Positions 1 to 9,554 of a stretch of 64,000 nt of DNA are shown here, piece by piece. A program made the translations under genes and the position numbers. The first letter of the stretch is position 1, and each line of letters opens with the position of its first letter. The stretch is from Candidatus Magasanikiibacteriota bacterium (lineage in GTDB: Bacteria; Patescibacteriota; Patescibacteriia; Magasanikbacterales; GWA2-37-8): positions 407 to 64,406 of the forward strand of contig JBAYIZ010000006.1 of the NCBI GenBank assembly GCA_041665405.1, given 5' to 3'. The notes under the pieces were generated by a model. That model had not been told where the DNA came from. It did not search any database and worked only from the letters and a program-made list of their open reading frames with translations.

Positions 1-630
1 TTTATAAACCAGCTCTCGTAATGGCACACCATCAGTAGCCTCCCCGTCTTCCCAAGAATATTTAAATAAACCAGAAAGCTCATCGCGACGAGCCACAAAC
101 ATTTCTCCGTGCTTTTTTACATCATGAGTACCATCCGCTACCACACCTTGACCTCCACTACTAATTTCTGCCAGAATTCTTCCTTTTGGGTCTACTATAA
201 TATTTCCACCATATTTTTGTGGGCGCATTTCAACGATTGAAACATCATAATCTCCTACGTTTAATTCGTGCTGATTTATTGTGCTCTTAACAAATTCCAA
301 TATTTCTTCACGTTTCAGAGGTGTCTTTCTATATCTCATACCATCTTTCTTTTTGGGTTCTAAAAGCACAAACCAATCACTATCTCCAACTTCCGGTAAA
401 ATCTCTTCTGGACTGTTTAATAAATGTTCCAAAGAGCAAATTCTAGGCACGTCATTTGGAAGGCCTAATTTTTGGATCCTGTCCCATCCTGAAAATCTCG
501 AAGCCCCCAATGCGTTTGATAATTCTCTGACATTATCAACTCTATTTTTATCTGGTGTATCCACAGACCCCAAAGCTTTACCCCAAGCGTACATATTAGT
601 TTCGAGTTTTTTGCCAGCGTTTTCATCCAT
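1..630 (-). CDS. hypothetical protein; the C-terminal part runs off the window start
   Basis: My own minus-strand translation starts at ATG 630-628 (MDENAGKKLETNMYAWGK...) and stays open for 210 codons to position 1. It is absent from the supplied track because it is truncated. I recognise no family. Confidence 0.55.
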   Translation of the reverse strand, partial: MDENAGKKLETNMYAWGKALGSVDTPDKNRVDNVRELSNALGASRFSGWDRIQKLGLPNDVPRICSLEHLLNSPEEILPEVGDSDWFVLLEPKKKDGMRYRKTPLKREEILEFVKSTINQHELNVGDYDVSIVEMRPQKYGGNIIVDPKGRILAEISSGGQGVVADGTHDVKKHGEMFVARRDELSGLFKYSWEDGEATDGVPLRELVYK

Positions 631-713
631 ATATATAATATTAAAACTAATTTTAGTATAAACTTTTTAAACACCCTGGTCAACAAGGTAATTCAAATCA
701 AACATTTAAATAA

Positions 714-740
714 GCAAAAAGTGAGCGTTTAAACTCACTT
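714..740 (-). terminator. intrinsic terminator downstream of tRNA-Ser
   Basis: Hairpin AGTGAG-N8-CTCACT (720-739) is followed on the minus strand by a T-run (A-run 716-720 on plus). Confidence 0.55.
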
Positions 741-752
741 CGTTGCGAACTG

Positions 753-838
753 CGGAAGGGGCGGGATTCGAACTCGCGGTGCCTTTCGACACGACAGTTT
801 TCAAGACTGTTGCCGTAAACCACTTGGCTACCCTTCCA
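753..838 (-). tRNA. tRNA-Ser (anticodon UGA)
   Basis: Reverse complement is GGAAGGGTAGCCAAGTGGT...CAGTCTTGAAAACTG...GTTCGAATCCCGCCCCTTCCG. It has a 7-bp acceptor stem GGAAGGG/CCCTTCC, an anticodon loop CU-UGA-AA, a long variable arm typical of Ser, and a TTCGAAT T-loop. Confidence 0.9.
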
Positions 839-878
839 CTGATTACAAGACATAAACTATCACATATATTAATCTAAA

Positions 879-3386
879 TCAACCCCTCTTTATAATTCCT
901 GTCGCCAAACTGGCTACTTTTTTAATTCCCGCCATTAACAACGCCCCACGTGCTTTGGCTACAAAGCCCAACAGTAACGCCGTCAAACCACCAGCTGTAG
1001 TTGTAAAATACATTTTGGATGTTTCGGTTTGTTTATTTTGATCATTCGCTATGCGACTGGCCAGCACTTCATCGCTATAACCAACTACTTTGATATCAGA
1101 CAACGCTCGTGGCAAAATCTGCCAACCGTCTTTACCTTGATTTAATATCCCAATTATTTCCACCTTGTCTCCTTCTTTCAACTCCTGTTTATTAATTTGC
1201 GCTCCTTTTTTGAAATAAACCGCGACCTCGGTCACACCGTCATCTACGTACATCAGCGTGCTTTTTATTTCCGTTATATCACCAGATATTTTTACCAATC
1301 CGCCTAACATTTCCTCTGAGATATCTTCAATTTTCAAATCAATCGGTTCAATAATTTTATTTGTTGATAAAACATTGATTGCATATTTATTTTTTATCCT
1401 GATTCTTTTTACGCCGCCAACGATAGCAGCCTCTCCCCCGACAGAAATGTAATCACCAATTTTTAATTCTGGAAAATCTTTTTTATATTGATAAATTTGA
1501 AAACCGTTTTGATCATCATCGCTAACATAAAAAAATTGTTGACCAAAAGTCTTTGGCTCTACGGTTACTGATCCGCGTACGGACAACCAATTTACTGTCG
1601 TCTTGGCAGAAGTTGTTTTTGTTTCTTTGGTTGCACTTTTTTCTGTTTTTAATACAACTTTATATACTTCTTTATCATTGGGTGATATTAAAATTATTTC
1701 ATCACCATCTTTATCAAAACTAAGATGGTGAACTGCTCTAAAAAATTTTAAAGTTCCTGAAGCCACTATAGTGGTGTTTACTGGTATCTCATATTCCTTG
1801 CCACTTTTATTTTTTATTTTCCAACCAGATATATTTTGTGACTTATCCAAATAATTGGTGAGTTCAATATACTCTTCCATATCTTCTGTACTGGTAGTAT
1901 ACCAACCACTAATTTTCATATTGGCATTAGCCACAGAAAAGTTTGGCCCAACATAAACTTTAAATTCTTTTTTACCAGTTGTACCAGCGCTACTAGAAGC
2001 CGTCACTGAAACCAAATATATTCCTGAAGTGGCAAATGAATGCCCAGATAAATATCCTGTACTACTAAAGTTATCACCAAAATTCCAAAAATAATTTACT
2101 TCGCCACCGCGTGGATCGGCACTACCTTTGACACTAAAGATTCCTATCTCACCCACATCCAAACCATATGGGAAATCATATTTCCAACTAATGTTGACTG
2201 GGTCTTTTGTTTCAACAATATTAGTTTTTGTAGTGGTCGATGTTTTTGTTGTTTTTGTTGTTTTGGTTGATGTGGTTGAAGTAATTATATGTCCGTTGGT
2301 GTTATCATTCGCTGAGCTACCACCACTATTACCGCCAGTATTCAGATTGACGATAGGAACCACTAACTCGTTGGCAGTTCCTAGAGTTATCTTGTTGGTG
2401 ACCGCCCAATCACTATCCGTGCCAGTATCAAAACCGTCTATTTTTCTAATTAACGACTGTCCTTTATCAGTAATAAGTGAGTTGCTTTCACTATAATCAA
2501 TTCTATCCACGACAGCACCATTGTCATCCTTTAATATCACCGAATCACCACCATTATTAAGATAGCCTCCAGTCAACAAATCAACTATTAGCCAGTCATA
2601 ACCACCGATTCTGCCATTTGCTGGTTTACAATTACTATCCGAAGAATCACAAATCAAACCACTAGATAAATCTACTGTACTTGAACTATTATTATATAGC
2701 TCAATCTGTTCGTTTCCCTCAACTGGATCTGATACAATTTCATTTAATTTTATAAAACTCCAATCAAAAATACTGTCAGAAGAGGTAGACATGTCCATAG
2801 TAGAAGACGACTCTGCTGTAGTAGTAGCGGTGGTAGTAGTGAAATTAATATCAACTATTGAATAATTGCTATTTTGTGCACCCACAGTATTGCCAACAGA
2901 ATTTTCCTGCCAATTATCCAAACTATAATTATCTAAAAATGGATTTCTTCTTTCTAATGAAAAATTTGTGGTAGATACATAACTAAACTTTTCTACAAAA
3001 TTATCCATTTCATCCTTTAAACCAATCTCTTCGCTGTTTTCACTCAAACTTGTCCAAGAAGAATCAAATACTGAACCGATAAAATTGGGATGATCTAACA
3101 TAAATATATCGGCGTCCTGACAAATCACCCCATATTCACCAGACAATATCATACTATCAGTTGAAGTCGTCGCCTTGAGATTGTGTTTGGTACTATTTTC
3201 CCAAAATTTCCAATCTTTAATATCAATCGAGTCTGCTCCCCGATTCCAAATCTCAATCCATTCATGAGTGCTCGTTGGATAGGCACCAATCTCATTTATG
3301 ATAATATCCGTATTGGCCGCCAATAATTTTTGCCCAATAAAAAAACTGCCAAATATAAAGACAGCAACCAAAATAAAATATTTCAT
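879..3386 (-). CDS. large secreted surface protein: 3 lamin-tail-like domains, a PKD domain, 2 OB-fold-like domains and a C-terminal membrane anchor
   Basis: N-terminal signal/TM segment is present. LTD-like motifs: IINEI...EWIEIWN...IKDWKF, LNEIVSDP...EQIELYN, EEYIELTN...ISGWKI. PKD-like motif: NYFWNFGDN...GIYLVSVTASS. Thr/Ser-rich linkers are present, and the C-terminus is hydrophobic (GGLTALLLGFVA). Confidence 0.7.
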   Translation of the reverse strand: MKYFILVAVFIFGSFFIGQKLLAANTDIIINEIGAYPTSTHEWIEIWNRGADSIDIKDWKFWENSTKHNLKATTSTDSMILSGEYGVICQDADIFMLDHPNFIGSVFDSSWTSLSENSEEIGLKDEMDNFVEKFSYVSTTNFSLERRNPFLDNYSLDNWQENSVGNTVGAQNSNYSIVDINFTTTTATTTAESSSTMDMSTSSDSIFDWSFIKLNEIVSDPVEGNEQIELYNNSSSTVDLSSGLICDSSDSNCKPANGRIGGYDWLIVDLLTGGYLNNGGDSVILKDDNGAVVDRIDYSESNSLITDKGQSLIRKIDGFDTGTDSDWAVTNKITLGTANELVVPIVNLNTGGNSGGSSANDNTNGHIITSTTSTKTTKTTKTSTTTKTNIVETKDPVNISWKYDFPYGLDVGEIGIFSVKGSADPRGGEVNYFWNFGDNFSSTGYLSGHSFATSGIYLVSVTASSSAGTTGKKEFKVYVGPNFSVANANMKISGWYTTSTEDMEEYIELTNYLDKSQNISGWKIKNKSGKEYEIPVNTTIVASGTLKFFRAVHHLSFDKDGDEIILISPNDKEVYKVVLKTEKSATKETKTTSAKTTVNWLSVRGSVTVEPKTFGQQFFYVSDDDQNGFQIYQYKKDFPELKIGDYISVGGEAAIVGGVKRIRIKNKYAINVLSTNKIIEPIDLKIEDISEEMLGGLVKISGDITEIKSTLMYVDDGVTEVAVYFKKGAQINKQELKEGDKVEIIGILNQGKDGWQILPRALSDIKVVGYSDEVLASRIANDQNKQTETSKMYFTTTAGGLTALLLGFVAKARGALLMAGIKKVASLATGIIKRG

Positions 3387-3435
3387 ACCCCCAATAAAAA
3401 ATATATTAATGGTTTTAATTATATCAAATTTTAAT

Positions 3436-3469
3436 AAAAAAGAAAGCCTCTTATTTAAGAGGCTTTTTC
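3436..3469. terminator. bidirectional hairpin terminator
   Basis: GCCTCTT-attt-AAGAGGC is flanked by an A-run and a T-run. It overlaps the stop codon of the 3451..3900 ORF. Confidence 0.6.
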
Positions 3470-3900
3470 TTTAATTTTTTTAATATGTCCATCGGTTTTT
3501 CTTTGTGCAAATTTCCCAAATAAACACACTTTATTTTTTTAACAAGCACAGCTGGTAATGTTTTTTTAATATCCAACATGATTTCGGTTGGAGCAAACAA
3601 ATACACCGCACTAAATTTTTGTTCACCAGATATTTGTTTCACAAAGTCTTTAACCAAAACTAGAAAATCGCTATGTTTTGATCTCTTCATTTTTTCTATC
3701 TTTGAGCCAGATTCAAACACCAATGATCCACGTCTGCCAAAGTTTTCACGATCAGAATAATGGCTTTTTAATAAAGTGACCTGCCCCGCTTGCGCAATCT
3801 CTCCTTCGCTGGCGATATAAAAATTTGCCGCTTGAGTACCTGATACTACCAATAAGGCACTTTCATTTATAAACTGATGTAATTGTGCTGAAATTTTCAT
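3451..3900 (-). CDS. host-attachment-protein-like (eRF1-fold/Host_attach-like) small protein
   Basis: The 149-aa length and the C-terminal pattern VYLFAPTEIMLDIKKTLPAVLVKKIK...LHKEKPMDILKKL resemble my recollection of the Host_attach family (LVVVAPPRTLGELRK...DLTKHPVDEI). This is from memory only. Confidence 0.4.
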   Translation of the reverse strand: MKISAQLHQFINESALLVVSGTQAANFYIASEGEIAQAGQVTLLKSHYSDRENFGRRGSLVFESGSKIEKMKRSKHSDFLVLVKDFVKQISGEQKFSAVYLFAPTEIMLDIKKTLPAVLVKKIKCVYLGNLHKEKPMDILKKLKKKPLK

Positions 3901-3921
3901 ATAATCAATTCGAGATATGAA

Positions 3922-4905
3922 TTAATTTAATGGTTCAACTAATGGCATATCAGTATTGGCTGGTTTTGGTTTGTATAATTCCGGATCAATTTTGCGGTTA
4001 AAACAAGTACGTTCTGCTTGATGGCTCCAATTCTGGTTGAAGGAATCAAATGGCTTAGGATAGGCCGGAAGAGTGTTGAAATTATTATCACTCACTGTTA
4101 CAAAGTTAGCACACAACTCAAAATTATATTGATTAATAATGCGATATTCATAATCTAGTTTAGTTTGAGGATCGGTCGGTACCACAAAACCAGAGATGCT
4201 GTCGTTTAGCTGTATTACCTCTCCAGGCAATTCAGACTTTTGAGTCCAATAATTTAAAATCTGATTTTGTATTGTCTGCAAATCCTGTATGCGTTGTTCA
4301 TCAAAGCGGCGATTGCGTTGTTCAAATGGAGTGCCTACAACAAAAAATCCGGCCACTACACTTCCCAGCGCCAAAACCAATAAAATCCCTGCCAAAAGTT
4401 TTGGAACACGAGAAATTAATTCTTTGCGTTTCAAATCCCACATATAATATCCAAAGACTGCTCCCGCTACCAACAACACTATCAAAATCTTTAAAAAGAA
4501 ACGGGTAGTAATCTCACCGCTTAAGAAATTATAAACCAGAATAATCAAATCAACAATTATAGTAACTGCGGAAACAAAAAGTGTAAAATACACTAACCAT
4601 TTTCTTAATTTGAATTCGCGCTTTTCTGGATTAGCATATAAATCTTTGGCCAACAACCAGGCTGTTATCAAATATGCCGGCACCGCAATCAATAAAATAG
4701 ATGACGCCACCCGTACCGACTCGGCAATACCAGTATAATAATAATTCAATGCATCAGGAAATAGCGCATTGATATACTGAAGATACAATGTAATAAAACC
4801 AATAACACTCAAATAAAAAGTCAAAATGTTAAATAGGTGCAAAAACACATCTTTTGGTGTACTGCTCGCTTTTACGACACTCGGTTGCATGTTTGAGTTT
4901 TCCAT
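3922..4905 (-). CDS. polytopic membrane protein (DUF5671-like) with a C-terminal extracytoplasmic domain
   Basis: About 6 hydrophobic helices in the first 200 aa are followed by a soluble tail. This architecture is common in CPR genomes. Confidence 0.5.
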   Translation of the reverse strand: MENSNMQPSVVKASSTPKDVFLHLFNILTFYLSVIGFITLYLQYINALFPDALNYYYTGIAESVRVASSILLIAVPAYLITAWLLAKDLYANPEKREFKLRKWLVYFTLFVSAVTIIVDLIILVYNFLSGEITTRFFLKILIVLLVAGAVFGYYMWDLKRKELISRVPKLLAGILLVLALGSVVAGFFVVGTPFEQRNRRFDEQRIQDLQTIQNQILNYWTQKSELPGEVIQLNDSISGFVVPTDPQTKLDYEYRIINQYNFELCANFVTVSDNNFNTLPAYPKPFDSFNQNWSHQAERTCFNRKIDPELYKPKPANTDMPLVEPLN

Positions 4906-5046
4906 AAATTTATTTAATTATATTATAAGTTTATTATACCACAAATATAACTAGCCCACATCATGCTTGTGTGGGATAAATGGCTAACCATTGACAAAAG
5001 ACCGTTTTTATGCTATTATGGCAAGTTAATTTTAATCGTTATAACT

Positions 5047-6873
5047 ATGCGTTTTTCCTCTGTTTTAGTGACAATTTTGCTCTGTTTGGCCATAACATCT
5101 CCAGTAGAAGCAAAAATTGCTCTACCTGTTACACCAACTGGTTTTACCTATCAAGCTGTACCTACAGGCACTCTTTTGAAGTGGAGCAACCAAAAGTCCT
5201 CGATTGGATATTCTTGTCTTGTTTACAGATCAACATCGCCAAAAACCAAAGGAACCATGATAAAAAAACTTTCCTGTAAGAATGGCAACATGCTTGATAT
5301 TAGCGCGAAAAAGAACAAAGTATATTATTATTCAATTCAGGTACAAAATCTAAAATCATTTTCAAAGCTAACCAAAGCGACGAAGTTTGTTCCTAAAAAA
5401 ATATCCACAACAATTTTAAAAAAGGAATTACCAACGCCTAGTGATGTAAAAATATCAGCAACTCCAATTCCAACTACTACTGTTTTAATAAAGACGGCTG
5501 ACATAATCACTCCTCAACCGACAATCAGTGGTGGTGGCGGAGGCGGTGGTGGCGGATCATCTCAACCGGTTGCTACTCCAGAACCAGTTGTGGTTTCGGC
5601 CCCAGTCTCAAAACAGATTCCGCAAACTAATACCACCGTTATATTGGAGGTACCTAGCTCTACAATTGAAACTATAATTCCTTCCTCCACAACATCTACC
5701 ATTGTTGAGACAACATCGACACCTCCAGCACCAATCGTAGATACATCCGAAAAAACAATTTGCTCTTCTGCAAGCCAGAGAGTCGTTTTAATTGTTGATC
5801 CAAATTTAAGCACACAAATTCAATCAAATCTAACACAATTCGAAACTGATTTGTGTAAAGAATATAGTGTAATAGAAAAAACAAAAAAATTTAATAGCCC
5901 TCAGGAGCTGCGTTCCTATTTGAAGGACATTTATGACAAATCTTCTCTTGTTGGAACTATCTTAATTGGTGATTTTCCTCGCGTCTATCAAAATGTTTCA
6001 TTAAGTTTAGATTCACCAGAAGAAGCGCTAAGTCTTCAATATTACGAAGATTTGGATGGAAATTTTAGTACTTCCACAAACTATCAATCTCCAGGAAACC
6101 GTACATATTCTTATGATATTCATGACGGTGATGTTGATTGGGAAATATGGGTTGGTGTTTTGCCGTATTATAATGGTGACATCGATGCGACAGCTGACGC
6201 AATTAATCGCTTCCTTGTAAAAAACCATAATTATCGAACAAACGGGTCTCTCATACCAAGAGCATATGCTGAAATCGACGAACTTTCAGGGGCGAACCCG
6301 AAGGATTTGGCAGAATATGAACAAGCAAGAACATATCTACGTTCTGGCCAATACTCTTGGTCTCCATTCAGTCTCGCTACCACATCCAAAATATATTTTA
6401 ACGGAGATGGTGTCCCTGAGGAATTTTCAATCAGTAACGCCTACAAAGATTTGTCACTAGGTGTGGCTGATTTCACCGAGGTAGGTGCTCATGGTTATTG
6501 GGGTGGGAGCGGAAAAACTGATATCAGCTGGATAAACAATAATCCTATCAAAACAATATTTTATTGGAATGATGCGTGCTCTGTTGGAAATTTAGATTAT
6601 CAAGAAAACTTTTTGTCTTCCGTATTATATAATCAAAACAGCGAGGTTTTGGTAGCCAGAGGTTCGACTAATAGTTCCGGTGGTATGGGTAGTAATACTA
6701 ATGGTTATTTTGGCCACAACATTGCTACATCATTAACAAACGGAGAAAGCATCGGTCAGGCTATAGTCAACCATGTGAATGTTCCTTTGGTATCTCCATA
6801 TAATAAATCAAGAGAATTCCACTTTGCCCTATCTATCATTCTAGGCGACCCAACACTAAAACTAAGACAATAA
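5047..6873 (+). CDS. secreted FN3-like plus gingipain/C25-like cysteine peptidase domain protein
   Basis: An internal ATG at 5047 gives the signal peptide MRFSSVLVTILLCLAITSPVEA. A Gly10 and Thr/Ser/Pro linker follows. A His-Cys dyad context is present (EVGAHGYWGG ... about 30 aa ... NDACSVGNL), as in C25/clostripain-fold proteases. Confidence 0.55.
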   Translation: MRFSSVLVTILLCLAITSPVEAKIALPVTPTGFTYQAVPTGTLLKWSNQKSSIGYSCLVYRSTSPKTKGTMIKKLSCKNGNMLDISAKKNKVYYYSIQVQNLKSFSKLTKATKFVPKKISTTILKKELPTPSDVKISATPIPTTTVLIKTADIITPQPTISGGGGGGGGGSSQPVATPEPVVVSAPVSKQIPQTNTTVILEVPSSTIETIIPSSTTSTIVETTSTPPAPIVDTSEKTICSSASQRVVLIVDPNLSTQIQSNLTQFETDLCKEYSVIEKTKKFNSPQELRSYLKDIYDKSSLVGTILIGDFPRVYQNVSLSLDSPEEALSLQYYEDLDGNFSTSTNYQSPGNRTYSYDIHDGDVDWEIWVGVLPYYNGDIDATADAINRFLVKNHNYRTNGSLIPRAYAEIDELSGANPKDLAEYEQARTYLRSGQYSWSPFSLATTSKIYFNGDGVPEEFSISNAYKDLSLGVADFTEVGAHGYWGGSGKTDISWINNNPIKTIFYWNDACSVGNLDYQENFLSSVLYNQNSEVLVARGSTNSSGGMGSNTNGYFGHNIATSLTNGESIGQAIVNHVNVPLVSPYNKSREFHFALSIILGDPTLKLRQ

Positions 6874-6891
6874 ATTCATAAACTGCAGACT

Positions 6892-6917
6892 TAAAAAGCA
6901 CCTTGATGGTGCTTTTT
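6892..6917. terminator. bidirectional intrinsic terminator between convergent genes
   Basis: AAAAAGCACC-ttgat-GGTGCTTTTTT. Confidence 0.75.
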
Positions 6918-6984
6918 TGTCCGCTCATGATCTTGATCCACTTTTACAACATGGTGTTGTACCGCTCATCTCCCCAGGAAATAA

Positions 6985-7965
6985 TCACCGAATACCAACC
7001 ATTTTTCGCACTGCTTTCATGTTGGTCATAGCTACCTTTTGAGCTTTTTTAGAACCACCAACTAAAATTTTATCCAATTTTTTAGTATCCTTTAATAGTT
7101 TGGCACGTTTTGTCCTAAACGATTCAAAATGGTCAGCAATCGCTTCACCAAGTACTTTTTTCAGGTCACCATAGCGAATGTTTCCTTGTTTTTCGGCTTG
7201 CAAAAATTGGTCATAAATTTTTTTATCACCAAATTCTTTTAGTAATCCAAGCAGATTGGCAACACCTGGAGTAATAGCTCCACCAACCGTGGCTGTAACT
7301 GCCTTTTTTAACTTGTTTTCTATTTCTTCTGGTGTTTCACAGAGTTGAATTACATGCCCAAACCCCAAACTCTTGCTCATCTTCTTTTCTGGTTCCAACA
7401 AACTCATTACTTTTGGAACATTGGTCAACAAGTGTTTAGTCTCAGGGAAAAATTCACCGTATTTATTATTAAACCAACGAGCAATGTCGCGAGTCAACTC
7501 AACATGTTGAACCTGATCCTGTCCAACCGGCACCATGTCGCCTTTATATATCAAAATGTCGGCGGCTTGCAAAATCGGATAAGTAAACAATCCGGCGGTA
7601 GCCGAAATGTGTTGGGCGGTCTTATCTTTGTACTGCGTCATGCGATCCAATTCACCCATTGGTGTCACACAATTAAATACCCAAGCCAATTCAGCATGTT
7701 CTTGCACATGAGATTGTACAAAAAAGGTGGTTTTCTTTGGGTCTATGCCAGCGGCCAATAGTTCGGCAACTGTAATTCGAGTTTGTTCCCTCAATTGATC
7801 GGCTGTTTGTTTGCCAGTCAAAGAATGTAGGTCCGCAACAAAAATATAAAGTTGATATCTACCATAATTTTGCAATTCCACCCAATTTTTTACCGCTCCT
7901 AGATAATTACCAATATGGAGATTGCCGGTCGGCTGAATACCAGAAACGATTACAGGTTTAGACAT
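6985..7965 (-). CDS. trpS: tryptophan--tRNA ligase
   Basis: Class I aaRS motifs are present: a HIGH-like motif (TGNLHIGNYLGA) and KMSKS. The 326-aa length is typical of TrpRS. Confidence 0.93.
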   Translation of the reverse strand: MSKPVIVSGIQPTGNLHIGNYLGAVKNWVELQNYGRYQLYIFVADLHSLTGKQTADQLREQTRITVAELLAAGIDPKKTTFFVQSHVQEHAELAWVFNCVTPMGELDRMTQYKDKTAQHISATAGLFTYPILQAADILIYKGDMVPVGQDQVQHVELTRDIARWFNNKYGEFFPETKHLLTNVPKVMSLLEPEKKMSKSLGFGHVIQLCETPEEIENKLKKAVTATVGGAITPGVANLLGLLKEFGDKKIYDQFLQAEKQGNIRYGDLKKVLGEAIADHFESFRTKRAKLLKDTKKLDKILVGGSKKAQKVAMTNMKAVRKMVGIR

Positions 7966-8033
7966 AAAAAAACAAATATTATTACCTTAGTATTTTAAAC
8001 TACTTTACCTAGACTGTAAATGGCGACAAAAAA

Positions 8034-8513
8034 TTAATAATGATACTGTCGTCCACCAGATATCATAAAGGCTCGGTAAATCTGTTCCCACAAAAACACT
8101 CTCATCATTTGGTGGGTAAAAGTAAAAGCAGAAAAAGATAATTTTAAATTGGCCAATTGCAAAATCGATTGATCTAATCCACGCGGTCCGCCAATAATAA
8201 AAATAATTTCGCTAATCCCTTCATTGGATAGGCCAGATAATTTTTTAGAAAAGTCCACAGACGAAAATTGCTTACCATGCTCGTCCAACACGATAACATA
8301 CGCGCCCTTAGTTTTTTCTAGGGCGTTTTTTATTTTCTCTGCCTCTTTTGTTTTTATAATATCAGACGAGGTTTTTTCATCAAAACTTTCTTCTTTCAAT
8401 TCCAAAATTTCTACTTTTGCAAAAGCCTGTAAGCGTTTTAAATATTCTTCCTCTGCTTCACGCCAAAAACTTTCTTTCAATTTTCCCAAACAAATTAATT
8501 TCAAATGCAACAT
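8034..8513 (-). CDS. rlmH: 23S rRNA (pseudouridine1915-N3)-methyltransferase RlmH (SPOUT)
   Basis: 159 aa. The N-terminus (KLICLGKLKE...) and C-terminus (FTHQMMRVFLWEQIYRA) are typical of RlmH. Confidence 0.85.
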   Translation of the reverse strand: MLHLKLICLGKLKESFWREAEEEYLKRLQAFAKVEILELKEESFDEKTSSDIIKTKEAEKIKNALEKTKGAYVIVLDEHGKQFSSVDFSKKLSGLSNEGISEIIFIIGGPRGLDQSILQLANLKLSFSAFTFTHQMMRVFLWEQIYRAFMISGGRQYHY

Positions 8514-8514
8514 A

Positions 8515-9525
8515 CTATTTCTTAACCAAGTTATTTATAAAACTCTTGCCAGATTCTTCCCAAGAAAATTGTAATGCTTTTTCGCGGCATTTTTCACGTG
8601 ATAAATTCAAACAAGCCATAGCTGCTGTCTTCAAATCATCGTCAATAAATCCGTCTACACCAGGAGTAATAATGTCGCGCGGCCCCATCACATTGTGAGC
8701 TGCCACTGGCACACCACAGGCCAAAGCTTCCAGTATCACCAAACCAAATGTTTCCGTTAAAGAAGGAAAAACAAAAACATCGCAAATGGATAATAAATTT
8801 ACCAAATCCTCACCTTTTTTATATCCAACAAATTTTACTCTGTCTCCATATTCTTTCTCCAGTTCGTGGCGTTGTGGGCCATCGCCTATAACAAGTTTGG
8901 TGCCTGGTAAATCACATTCCAAAAATTCTTTGATGTTTTTTTCAATCGCTACGCGTCCACAAAAAACAAATACCGGAGATGGATAAGAAGCCGTGTCTGT
9001 AACTAAATTGTCTCTGCGTTTAAAAAATTCTGCATCTACTCCCAAAGGGCATATCGTAATATTTTTGAAGCCACGTAACTCCAATTCGCTTTTTAAGCTT
9101 TGAGTACTCACCATTAATGATTCTGACACACTATGAAACCAACGCAAATAGGCGTAGGTGGTATCAAAAAGAAAGCCCGTTCTAATTTTTAAATATAATG
9201 GTACATTGGTGTGATAAGAAGTTGAAAATTTATATTTTTTATGTAGACAAACCAATCTGGCGGCCAGACCTAGTGTCCCCTCAGAAGTAATATGGATAAA
9301 ATCTGGTTTTTCTTCTTCAAGGATCTTCTCAATCTTTTTTTGCGCAAAAACCGCCAGCTTTACCTCTGGATAAAAAAATACTGGAATGCTATGAAACATG
9401 CCTGGATGTATCAGAACTACCTCAAAACCATTTTTTTTGAGAAGTTCGATAGTTCTTTCTAAGGAAACAATCACCCCACTAACCCATGGATGCCAACCAT
9501 CCGTAAAAATAACTATTTTTTTCAT
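8515..9525 (-). CDS. glycosyltransferase family 4 (GT-B, retaining)
   Basis: A C-terminal EX7E-type region is present (FVFPSLTETFGLVILEALACGVPV). Confidence 0.8.
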   Translation of the reverse strand: MKKIVIFTDGWHPWVSGVIVSLERTIELLKKNGFEVVLIHPGMFHSIPVFFYPEVKLAVFAQKKIEKILEEEKPDFIHITSEGTLGLAARLVCLHKKYKFSTSYHTNVPLYLKIRTGFLFDTTYAYLRWFHSVSESLMVSTQSLKSELELRGFKNITICPLGVDAEFFKRRDNLVTDTASYPSPVFVFCGRVAIEKNIKEFLECDLPGTKLVIGDGPQRHELEKEYGDRVKFVGYKKGEDLVNLLSICDVFVFPSLTETFGLVILEALACGVPVAAHNVMGPRDIITPGVDGFIDDDLKTAAMACLNLSREKCREKALQFSWEESGKSFINNLVKK

Positions 9526-9554
9526 ACCAGGTAATTATATATTACTTTGGGGTT

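Noticed and set aside
281-686. Track ORFs 281..661 (+) and 465..686 (-)
   Set aside because: Both overlap a longer minus-strand frame (630 down to 1) that is open for 210 codons to the window edge and has ordinary protein composition. The plus ORF is Leu/Ser/Phe-rich, as expected of an antisense shadow.
4963-5046. N-terminal extensions in the track (4963, 18219, 18652, 23957, 28273, 40804, 44202, 57979, 11486)
   Set aside because: In each case an internal ATG gives a canonical N-terminus (signal peptide, prepilin leader, or known family start) and removes the overlap with the upstream gene. The longest-ORF starts were therefore not used.
5529-5556. GGT/GGC run (ggtggtggcggaggcggtggtggcgga) as a possible G-quadruplex or slippage tract
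   Set aside because: It is in-frame and encodes a Gly10 linker between domains of a secreted protein. The codons are mixed, so it is not a homopolymer or a phase-variation tract.
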